From Candidatus Latescibacterota bacterium (GTDB lineage Bacteria > Latescibacterota > UBA2968 > GCA-2709665): a DNA stretch of 64,000 nucleotides. Each line of letters begins with the position of its first letter. Positions within the stretch are counted from its first letter, which is position 1. Position numbers and translations under genes: made by a program. The stretch is from assembly GCA_965237675.1 (NCBI GenBank), contig OZ250150.1, forward strand, positions 4,992,001 to 5,056,000, written 5' to 3'. Under the pieces are notes generated by a model. It was not told the DNA's origin. It saw nothing but the letters and a program-made list of their open reading frames with translations, and made no database searches. Below, one piece after another: positions 20,751 to 29,055 of the stretch.

Positions 20751-21593
20751 TCATTTTTCGCTGCCGGACACGCCTAAACACGATCTGACGTACTCCAGGT
20801 TCCTCAGACTGTTTGCCGCCAACCCGGTGAACGCCGGGTCGGCCACCTCGAACGCATCCGGACTGATGTCCAGATGTGTCTCTACCACCACGAAGCCCCT
20901 GTACCCGTCGGCACAAAGGGCGTCCAACTGCCCCGGCCAGTCCACGAGCCCTTCCTCCGCCAACGACCAGGCGCCAGTGTGCGGATCGAAATTCTTCACG
21001 TGCACGTGGGTTACCAGATCTTTCAGATCCTCGTATTCCCCCGGAAAGGGGGATGGCGTACCCGCCCGGGCGGAATTGCCGGGATCCCAGCAAAGCGATA
21101 TACGGTCCACACCCACCTGGCGGACAAGCAGAGCCGCCTCGGCGCCGGTTGCCCCCCAGCAAACCGCCTCGTTTTCCAGCGCCAGACGACACCCCTCCCG
21201 CGCCGCAACGTCCGCCATCTGTCCGAGCCGGTCCACAACCGCTGCCGGAGGATGTGGCGCTTCCGTCCGCTGAAAGGCGAAACAGGACACCCGATCGGTA
21301 CCCAATTTTCGCGCCCATGCGCACGCCCGCGGAAGCGACTGCCGCAGGCGTTCGTCGACCCGGGGATCATCCAGCGGTCCCTTGAAAAAGCCCGGAGAAA
21401 CCCCTGAGATCTCCATACCGGCATCGCGGACCCGCGCATGAAAGTCGGCCAGCTCATTGTCGCTTACCGCTGGAAACCGGCCACCCGCAAGCTGGCGCAC
21501 CTCCACGTGCGACACGCCCCATTCCGCGGCAAGGGATATCGCGCGAGCCGGATTGTACCGGTCGATTTCATCCGCAAAAACCGAAATTTTCAC
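20751..21593 (-). CDS. Sugar phosphate isomerase/epimerase (xylose isomerase-like TIM barrel)
   Basis: FADEI, LALENE, WDPGN, HVHVK, GYRG..VVETH. Confidence 0.88.
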   Translation of the reverse strand: MKISVFADEIDRYNPARAISLAAEWGVSHVEVRQLAGGRFPAVSDNELADFHARVRDAGMEISGVSPGFFKGPLDDPRVDERLRQSLPRACAWARKLGTDRVSCFAFQRTEAPHPPAAVVDRLGQMADVAAREGCRLALENEAVCWGATGAEAALLVRQVGVDRISLCWDPGNSARAGTPSPFPGEYEDLKDLVTHVHVKNFDPHTGAWSLAEEGLVDWPGQLDALCADGYRGFVVVETHLDISPDAFEVADPAFTGLAANSLRNLEYVRSCLGVSGSEK

Positions 21594-21611
21594 GTTCCGC
21601 TCCTTTCTAAC

Positions 21612-21778
21612 TTAACAGCCCGTTGAAAAAGTCCATCCGGGCTGCATCCGGCCCTTGTGGCCGAATTACTGCGTTGCACTCCCTCTCCGAATCCCCGATT
21701 CGACGCGGTCGCGCGCCTTGTCTTCGGCCACAATGACTCGGCCTCGCCTGCAGAGCGACTTTTTCAACGGACTGTTAA
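21612..21778. mobile_element. MITE-like non-autonomous element (167 bp)
   Basis: 22-bp terminal inverted repeats TTAACAGCCCGTTGAAAAAGTC / GACTTTTTCAACGGACTGTTAA (1 mismatch) including TTAA at both ends; internal IR TGTGGCCGAA/TTCGGCCACA; no transposase. Confidence 0.8.
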
Positions 21779-21819
21779 CGCACCGATTCTATCAGATATC
21801 TGTGTTGACTTCCGGAATC

Positions 21820-22608
21820 TTACGATTTCTCGGAACCCAGCCCGGCGATCATCTCCGCGGATGTGATCGAGTACTTGCCGAACATCTCCAGAAACAGAAT
21901 CGCGCCGCGGGTCTGCCACAACCCGTCCTGTGTTTCGAACGACTCCATGCCCGTCCCGCAATCCCGCACAACGATGACCTCGTATCCACGTTTGCTCATT
22001 TCGACCGTGCCATAATCACGCAGCAGAATACACGCGTTGGTGTTGAACCCCAGGAAGAACAGAAAAAGAATGCCTTCACGTTTGCAATACCGGTGCAACT
22101 CCTCGCCGTTGTAGATGACACCCTCCCCCTTTTCCACCTGCACCAGCGGATGCAGCCTTCGTCCGGATCGCATTTCGATCAGTTCCGGCTCTCTCGGCTC
22201 CTCCGGTCTTGCATACGCGGCATACGCGCCCTTCTTGGACCTGAACTCGCGCGGCGGCCACGTATCCCCCGTTCCACTCGGCCGCGGCGGGTCGTCGATC
22301 AATCGCACCCACGCCGGATGGTGTTCGGCCAGACCCGGCGCGGGCGCGTGAATCAGCCGCAGTCCGGCCTTGCGGCAGGCCGCAAGCAGCGGAACGATAC
22401 GCGCTTCGACGATCGCGTCTGTCCGCTCGATCGTCTCCTTCAGATAGTGCCCATCCCACACGTCCACCAGCACCAGCGCAGCCCGCGACAGTGGAACGTG
22501 CCAATCCAGATGGGCATAATCCGTGTTCCTTTCCTCCCAGGACACGCCAGGATCCACGTGCCACCGGTAATACCTGGGCCTGATATGCAGTTTCTTATCC
22601 ATAATCAC
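21820..22608 (-). CDS. Isochorismatase-family cysteine hydrolase
   Basis: ALVLVDVWD, GFNTNAC, GYEVIVVRDC. Confidence 0.8.
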   Translation of the reverse strand: MIMDKKLHIRPRYYRWHVDPGVSWEERNTDYAHLDWHVPLSRAALVLVDVWDGHYLKETIERTDAIVEARIVPLLAACRKAGLRLIHAPAPGLAEHHPAWVRLIDDPPRPSGTGDTWPPREFRSKKGAYAAYARPEEPREPELIEMRSGRRLHPLVQVEKGEGVIYNGEELHRYCKREGILFLFFLGFNTNACILLRDYGTVEMSKRGYEVIVVRDCGTGMESFETQDGLWQTRGAILFLEMFGKYSITSAEMIAGLGSEKS

Positions 22609-22682
22609 TCCCCGGCTTAGAGATTAAGGACGATAGAACCCCTTTGGCAGAATGACGAAGCACCTGGGGCCATCGCAGCCAG

Positions 22683-23486
22683 TTACGAATTCGCAGTCAG
22701 CGTCAACGCGTCTCTTCCGCCCAGACCTGCCACCACCGGAAACGTCATTTCATGAGGCCCTTTTTCGCCCGGCACATACCGTACCGATGGCGGGAAATAG
22801 GCATAAAGCGCGGTGTGGCGCGGGCGCGGAGAAGGATTCGGGCCGGACCCGTGAACCGTCAATGAGTGAAACAATACGGCATCGCCCGCGGCCAGGGGTA
22901 CGTCAACTTTCTCGGACAGATCCACGTCGTCCCGGTCCGCTATCGCCTCATCCTGGCGACGGGCAATATGGCCCCAGGATTGCAACCCCCATTTGTGGCT
23001 TCGGGGCAAAACCTGTATACAACCGTTTTCCGGGCTGGAACCGGTCAAAGCGATGCTCACCGTTACCAGCGCCGGCGGTTGCATTGGCCAGTACGCCGAA
23101 TCCTGGTGCAATCCGTGCGACGACCCGTGGTAGGCCGGCTTCAACATCAGCGTGCTGCGAAACAGAAGCAAATCCGGGCCAAGGAGAGATCCGACGATCC
23201 GAATGAGCCGCGGATGCGCGGCGAGATTCTTGAAAACCGGCGAAAAGCATCGCGTTTGCTCAATCTTGCGCAAGACGGGCAGGCCTCCCCGGGTTGCGGT
23301 TTTCGCGTAGGGCTCGAGTTGAAACCGGCTTGCCGAGGGATCGCCACGCCCTTCCAACTCGACCGCCAGCCGGTGCAACCGCTCGATTTCCGTCTCGCAC
23401 GCCTCCACCTCCTTGGCGGAAAGCAACGCCTTCACCACGAGATAACCATCTTCCTCGAATCGAGCCTTTTGCGCATTCTGGTTCAT
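22683..23486 (-). CDS. Phytanoyl-CoA dioxygenase (PhyH) family Fe/2OG oxygenase
   Basis: FEEDGYLVV, HQDSAYW (HxD), ENGCIQVLPRSH, AGDAVLFHSLTVHGS. Confidence 0.93.
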   Translation of the reverse strand: MNQNAQKARFEEDGYLVVKALLSAKEVEACETEIERLHRLAVELEGRGDPSASRFQLEPYAKTATRGGLPVLRKIEQTRCFSPVFKNLAAHPRLIRIVGSLLGPDLLLFRSTLMLKPAYHGSSHGLHQDSAYWPMQPPALVTVSIALTGSSPENGCIQVLPRSHKWGLQSWGHIARRQDEAIADRDDVDLSEKVDVPLAAGDAVLFHSLTVHGSGPNPSPRPRHTALYAYFPPSVRYVPGEKGPHEMTFPVVAGLGGRDALTLTANS

Positions 23487-23671
23487 CTCTACCTTTCTGA
23501 ATTACAGATGTTGCGCCTTCCAGCAAAACCGTACAAAACTAAGCCGCATCTGTCAAATACAAAACCGAGAGGCGGACATAGAATCTGAAATGCGGTAATT
23601 TCATTCATCCCTCCGCTACGAATACGCCAACGAGTTCCCGCGCAATCCCAGTGGCCGATTGAGCGTGACAA

Positions 23672-23830
23672 TAGCCACAAAAAGCACAGAAGGCACAGAA
23701 GGGATAGAAGCCAGCCGGCGTGTAAAGAAACGCCTGCAGTCCGTATGGAATATTGGCGATATTCGTAGCTATTCAGCAGTTCACGGAATAGGCGAATTTA
23801 CCTTTTGTGTTTTTGTGCCTTTTGTGGCAA
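23672..23830. repeat. Imperfect inverted repeat element (GCCACAAAARGCACA type)
   Basis: tagccacaaaaagcacagaaggcacagaagg ... ccttttgtgtttttgtgccttttgtggcaa enclosing about 100 bp of lower-GC DNA. Confidence 0.6.
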
Positions 23831-23844
23831 TACGAACACCGCTG

Positions 23845-23910
23845 ATGCGACTTCCAGTTGCGATTCGCATGGACGCCGGCACTGGATATGGCGTTACGGT
23901 ACCTGACCCG
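23845..23910 (+). pseudogene. HicB antitoxin N-terminal remnant
   Basis: MRLPVAIRMDAGTGYGVTVPDP resembles the HicB N-terminus (M.YP.AI..D....YGVTVPDLPGC); similarity ends after VPD. Confidence 0.55.
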
Positions 23911-23922
23911 TCGCAGGAGCCC

Positions 23923-26109
23923 TCATCCCGGATTCAGGGCCAACCAGGATCTCAATGCCGGCGCCTGTGGATGGTCAGGCGCCAGCACGAGCACTTTCTT
24001 GAAGTACGTGCGGACTTTCTCCGCTTCCCCCAACGCATGGTAGACAACACCGAGGTTGTAATAGGCCTCGGCATAACCCGGATCCAGAGCCACGGCTTTC
24101 TCGTAGGCTGCTACGGCCTGTTTATAGTTCGCCATGCCGTGGTACGCGTTGCCCAGATTGGAATACGCCCTGGCATAACCGGGTTTCAGCGCAATGGCTT
24201 TCCGATAGGCTCTGACGGCCGCGTCGAACCGTCCCGTTCTATAGTACAGATCGCCGAGATTGTAATAGGCCGCTACGAACTGCGGCTTCAATTTGATGGC
24301 GGTTTCGAAATGCGCCGCCGCCCGATCGTACTCTCCCAGGCCGTAGCGTGCGTTGCCCGCCTGGTAGTGGGCTTCCGCGAAATCCGGTTTCAGCGCAATC
24401 ACCTTTTCGAAATTCGCAATTGCACGTTCAAACTTCCCGGTATCGTAATATAAATTGCCAAGATTGAAATAGGCTTCCGCAAAATCCGGCTTCAGCGCAA
24501 TGACCTTCCGGAAGTAGATCGCCGCTCGATCGTACCGTTTCATGTCATAGTACATATTGCCCAGATTGTAGTGACCGCCCGCAAACTCCGGATCGACTTC
24601 AACGGCCTTCTCGTACGCCAGGATCGCCTGGACGCTCCTGCCGTGATCCTTGTGGTAGACGCCAAGGGTCTCCCATCCGTGCGACCGCGCATGCGCAGAC
24701 AGATATCCGCCTTTCAGGTGGCTCGCAAAGTGCGCTTCGGCGGATGAGACGTCCACATTGATGCCGATCCAGAACAACGTGTGCAGCGCTGCGGCCGCGC
24801 AGATCAAACCGGCGGTATTCCCCGAAATAAGCCGGTCGCGAAGCTCGCGGATAACCGTAAGCGCCGCCCAGAGCGTAAGAGGCAACGCGCCAAAGGCAAA
24901 CACATCCCAATCCCGGAACGCGCCAAGTTCAGGGTTGGCGACAACGGTAAACAGAATCGGAAACAGCGCGGCAACCAGAACGAACTGTCGATCGGATCCG
25001 CTCAGCCAGCGTCTCCTCCGGCATAGAAACAGAACCATAAACGAAGACGGCGCAACGAGGAAATATTGATTCAAGAAATCGACCAACTTGCCAATTGAAA
25101 ACAACCTATAGTGCTGTTTGGGGCCCGGTTCCGCAAAAAGGTGCAGGATATAGAATCCCTGGCGTTTCTGCAAATACGCGACCAGGTCAAATTGGATCAG
25201 AAGAAGCGCGCCCAGAAATACGATCCCACATACCAGTACGGCGAGCGCCGCTCGAGCGGACGAACGGCCGGGCGTTGCCGCCCCAGGGACACGATCCGCC
25301 CGGTATCTGAATATCGCCAGCGCCACGAGGGAAGGCACAAGTGTCAGCATCGTAATATGGAGCGCCATCAGAACGCCAAGCAACGCCGCGGGCGCCCATA
25401 GAGGAACCCTGCCGTCGAGCGTCTGTATGCCAAGGAGCAGGTAAAGCAGCATAATCGGGAACAGGAACGCGTAATTTTCGACATACCCGAAAAAAAGCTG
25501 CACGAACCCGGCCCCCAGCAGGAGAGCCAGAATCAGAAATCGCTCGAGAGCGTCATTTCCCAGGATCCGAGCGGCATACCTCACAACCACCAGATACAGG
25601 ATTCCGGACACACAGCTGAATATCCGATACGTGATCTCCGCGGAATCCCAGACCGACGCCCCCGCCCGATGGAGCCCGCGAATGATCCAGAACGTCAGCG
25701 GCGCACGATCCGTTCTGGGGATTTCAGACCAGAAATCATCCAGTTCGCGAATCAGCATGATCCCGTCGCCGAGCAGATGAACGGCGGAACGCATGCCCCA
25801 GAAAGCAACAAGGCCGCCGAGCAGAAGCAAGACCCATGAAAGAACGGATCGCGAGGAGCCGATTCCGAGGTCGCACAACCCGGCCAACCCCGACGTCCAC
25901 CGTCCCAGGCGGTGCCGGACGGCAAGAATCAGCAACAACACGCTCAATAGCACGAATATCACCCGCAGCCCGGAGTTATGGAACCTCAAAAAATCCACAC
26001 CCCAGACAGACACGGGCTGCCAGTAAGCGAACAGAACATGCAGGCCGAGGAACAACCCCACCCCGATTATCGGCTTACTGGAATCCGTTCGATCTCTTTT
26101 GCCTCGCAT
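23923..26109 (-). CDS. Multi-pass membrane protein (GT-C-like) with C-terminal TPR array
   Basis: Many TM segments with LLGDG, FFGYVENY and RDWD motifs, then about 7 TPRs (YNLGN.Y...A...Y.KA..L.P). Confidence 0.8.
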   Translation of the reverse strand: MRGKRDRTDSSKPIIGVGLFLGLHVLFAYWQPVSVWGVDFLRFHNSGLRVIFVLLSVLLLILAVRHRLGRWTSGLAGLCDLGIGSSRSVLSWVLLLLGGLVAFWGMRSAVHLLGDGIMLIRELDDFWSEIPRTDRAPLTFWIIRGLHRAGASVWDSAEITYRIFSCVSGILYLVVVRYAARILGNDALERFLILALLLGAGFVQLFFGYVENYAFLFPIMLLYLLLGIQTLDGRVPLWAPAALLGVLMALHITMLTLVPSLVALAIFRYRADRVPGAATPGRSSARAALAVLVCGIVFLGALLLIQFDLVAYLQKRQGFYILHLFAEPGPKQHYRLFSIGKLVDFLNQYFLVAPSSFMVLFLCRRRRWLSGSDRQFVLVAALFPILFTVVANPELGAFRDWDVFAFGALPLTLWAALTVIRELRDRLISGNTAGLICAAAALHTLFWIGINVDVSSAEAHFASHLKGGYLSAHARSHGWETLGVYHKDHGRSVQAILAYEKAVEVDPEFAGGHYNLGNMYYDMKRYDRAAIYFRKVIALKPDFAEAYFNLGNLYYDTGKFERAIANFEKVIALKPDFAEAHYQAGNARYGLGEYDRAAAHFETAIKLKPQFVAAYYNLGDLYYRTGRFDAAVRAYRKAIALKPGYARAYSNLGNAYHGMANYKQAVAAYEKAVALDPGYAEAYYNLGVVYHALGEAEKVRTYFKKVLVLAPDHPQAPALRSWLALNPG

Positions 26110-26121
26110 AACCGTCCGTTC

Positions 26122-26492
26122 TCAATCCAGGATGCCACCGACCGCCTCAGCCGTCATCAGATTCGCTGCGGGCGCTTCAGGTGGTTCCGTGCGGACGGTC
26201 CGTACGGGTCTCCACACCGCGATCGCGACCAGACTCAACCCCAGATATCCGCCGTACCAGTGGTCCTGGGATTGGAAAAGCCGGAACCGGTGGTTGGACC
26301 AGAACAGCAAATGCCGCCAGGTCGGCACCGGAAAATCAGACAAATAGAACCCGGCGTGAAGCCCGGGCGAAGAATTCCGAACTTGTCCAGCGTCACATAC
26401 TGGAATAAAATCAGCAGCCCCGCCAGCAACGCCAGCAGGGCCGACACGTCCGCGGGCCATCCGGTCTTTTTCGGTCCCTCCGACCGTTTCAA
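26122..26492 (-). pseudogene. Deleted/frameshifted membrane-protein remnant
   Basis: RBS + TTG, LKRSEG...ALLALLAGLLILFQY TM segment, then a different frame reading LLFWSN...WYGGYLGLSLVAIA. Confidence 0.4.
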
Positions 26493-26579
26493 GTCGTACT
26501 CCACCTTTCCATTCCGGAAGGCCGACGAGGCGGGTTCGGGTCGAGTTCCATGAACCCTGACTCCCCTCCCCAAAAAACC

Positions 26580-27218
26580 TTACTCGAAAGAAATCCCGAC
26601 TCGAACGGGGAAAAGCTGCGTGCTTCCCCGCTCTCCGGACGTGAATCCGACCTCAAGCCGTGCTTCCACAAAGAGATGCGTCCGGTCTGTCAGCCGGATG
26701 TCCATCCCAGCGCCCGCGTTTACCGCAAACCCGTTACCGGATTGCCCGGTAACATGAAATGTATCGTTGCCGATCTCAACCCCCTCAATATCGGCTTCCG
26801 AGTAGGACAAAATTCCCACGCCGGCAACCGCATACGGCACCGTCCGTACATCCAGATCGTCCGAGTCGATCGTTTTCGTGTACTTCAGGCTGGCGAATGC
26901 GCTGAACAGGTTCTTGCCCCCGCCATTCGTACCGGTAACCACCCCGAGTGCGTCGTTTTCCGCCTTGAATTTTCCCTCATTGAATCCGAAACGGGCGTAA
27001 CTGAACCGGCCCTGAACAGCCAGACTCGGATGAATGAAATACTCCGCCCCTCCGCCCACGCCGATACCGGGATACCAGAAGTCAGACAGTGAACTGGATG
27101 CGGGCGCGGCGACCCCGGCGGTAACGAAAAAAACCGGCTTCTGCTGTGCTTGCGCGTCACCCGCCCACCCCGCGGTCAATAACGAACCAAGAAAAAGAAC
27201 ATACAACGCTCTCATCAT
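26580..27218 (-). CDS. Outer-membrane beta-barrel (8-stranded OMP-like) protein
   Basis: Signal peptide (MMRALYVLF...AQAQQ), alternating beta-strands, PYAVAGVG, C-terminal VRVGISFE; AGGAGA RBS. Confidence 0.8.
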   Translation of the reverse strand: MMRALYVLFLGSLLTAGWAGDAQAQQKPVFFVTAGVAAPASSSLSDFWYPGIGVGGGAEYFIHPSLAVQGRFSYARFGFNEGKFKAENDALGVVTGTNGGGKNLFSAFASLKYTKTIDSDDLDVRTVPYAVAGVGILSYSEADIEGVEIGNDTFHVTGQSGNGFAVNAGAGMDIRLTDRTHLFVEARLEVGFTSGERGSTQLFPVRVGISFE

Positions 27219-27426
27219 ATCAGATCTCCTCTTTCCACGGCGTGTATTAAACACACTATTGCATGTTCTGTAGAATTGGCTGGAAGCGAGAAGGAAGAGG
27301 TCAAGGCATATAGTACTCAGCGACCAACCCCGTCCAGTCCCTACGCGCAAAAAGGACAAGAAAGAATCACAAAAGGGGCCATCATATCCTTCTTACGTCT
27401 TGCTTCTCACGTCTCCCGTCTTCCGT

Positions 27427-28761
27427 CTAGCCGCTCTCCTGTAACCGCGCCCATCCCTGAAGAATGGATGGGATCATCTGTACGGGTTCTCCGGCTTTGC
27501 AGAATACGGCCCACAGCACATCCCAAACCCGCGGATGCCACTGGCACAAATCGATCCAGTCCGCGCACGGCGTACTATCCCCTTCCTGACGGTCCACGCG
27601 GCCGCCGATCACCGGATCGTCCACCGACCCGTTCCACATCTGATCCAGCAGGGTATTCGCGAACCGCTTCATATCGGCATTGTTGAATACCACGCCGCTC
27701 CGGCAGGCATCGATTGCAAATCCGATATCGATCCGCCCGTGACTGGTATCTTCAATGGCGCTGTGCCCGTGTTCGCCGGCCTCGATCCAGTCCCAATAGT
27801 ACCAGGTATACGCCCGACCCGTTTTCCATAGATGCCTTTTGAAATTTCTCGCCATACGTTGCGCACGATCAGCGTACAGCGGCTTCCGAGACACGTTTTG
27901 CAGCGCCAGATATGCCCGCCCCAGCGACAGGTACTGATTGTGCGGCATGATCCGGTTCGGAAACCGCTCCGTCATCCAGGGAGAAAATCGATATCCACCG
28001 GACGTGGGGGATGCGTCCACCCAGTCACGCTCGTGCTTATCGGCGATCTGCCTGCCAATAAACCTCAGGTATGTTCCGGCTTTCGTCCTGAATACACCTT
28101 TCAACTCTGCGTTCTTGAATGCGTGTTCGATAAACCGGCTTAACGGATGCAGGAACATTCCCTGGTGGACGATATACTCCAACGGCTCCCCGGCGAAAAC
28201 CTGCACCCAGAACCGATCGCCTGCGCGCGCCCTGCCCTCGACACGTATTTTGAACGGCGCGAAACCCTTCAGGGTCGCGCCGGGTCGAAACCGGCCTCCC
28301 GCCAATTCCTTCCGCGTGCCGTACTCCTGGACGACGTACCGCCGTCCAGGGAGAATTTCCACAATGCGAACGGTATCCAGAGCCATATCACCGCCCCGGA
28401 TCACCCAAACCCGTTCCTCCTCAGGCGCGATGCGCGCCGTACCCCGGTTGTGCATCGACCCCGTTCTCACCAGCGCCACCGAATAGACCGGCGTGACCCA
28501 GGTGGCACAACCATCGGCAAAGTGGTCTCGCCGGGTACCCATCATCCGATCGAAATGGTCCACAATCTTGTCCAACCACGCCGGATCAGCGGTTGCTTCG
28601 TAAAGCTTCACGTATGCGTCGAGAAACCCGCTTTCGCCCCACCCCAGACCCCCGGAATCCGGGCTGTGGGACTGTCCCTTGCCCTGGTTCTGTGACCGGT
28701 CATAACCGGCGAACCTTTCGACAAGCTCTTCCCGATCAAAAGGAGCGACGCGCGCGTCCAT
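27427..28761 (-). CDS. Hypothetical protein, probable alpha/alpha-toroid (glycoside hydrolase/epimerase-like) fold
   Basis: LGWGES...YVKLYEATADPAWLD, WYYW, EDTSHG motifs; ATG 28761 with GAGGAAGG RBS. Confidence 0.6.
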   Translation of the reverse strand: MDARVAPFDREELVERFAGYDRSQNQGKGQSHSPDSGGLGWGESGFLDAYVKLYEATADPAWLDKIVDHFDRMMGTRRDHFADGCATWVTPVYSVALVRTGSMHNRGTARIAPEEERVWVIRGGDMALDTVRIVEILPGRRYVVQEYGTRKELAGGRFRPGATLKGFAPFKIRVEGRARAGDRFWVQVFAGEPLEYIVHQGMFLHPLSRFIEHAFKNAELKGVFRTKAGTYLRFIGRQIADKHERDWVDASPTSGGYRFSPWMTERFPNRIMPHNQYLSLGRAYLALQNVSRKPLYADRAQRMARNFKRHLWKTGRAYTWYYWDWIEAGEHGHSAIEDTSHGRIDIGFAIDACRSGVVFNNADMKRFANTLLDQMWNGSVDDPVIGGRVDRQEGDSTPCADWIDLCQWHPRVWDVLWAVFCKAGEPVQMIPSILQGWARLQESG

Positions 28762-28921
28762 ACCTTCCTCAAGCTCACTCGTTCTCAAGCGACTCGTCCG
28801 TGCAAGACTCCCCGATCGCTTCATCGGGAAAGGGATTGTACAGGTTGGAGAAGCCTTACGATGCCCCGAGAAGCTGTTTTAAGACCCCGTTGGTACGTCT
28901 CAAGGGTGTCTAGCGTTTTTC

Positions 28922-28946
28922 GAGGGCTGGAAAAGCCCACGCTCCC
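28922..28946. repeat. REP-like palindrome
   Basis: gagggctggaaaagcccacgctccc (GGGCT/AGCCC stem) in an intergenic region. Confidence 0.35.
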
Positions 28947-29055
28947 AGGGCTTTGGCAAACGCGCCGGGGATTGGCGGACCGTACAATTGTTCGGGCAGA
29001 AAAAAGGCCCACCAACCGCCTCCGGCCGCCGGGCCTGCCAAAGGTACACACAGGT

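Noticed and set aside
23923-24660. 102-bp periodic nucleotide similarity
   Set aside because: Explained by ordinary 34-aa TPR repeats
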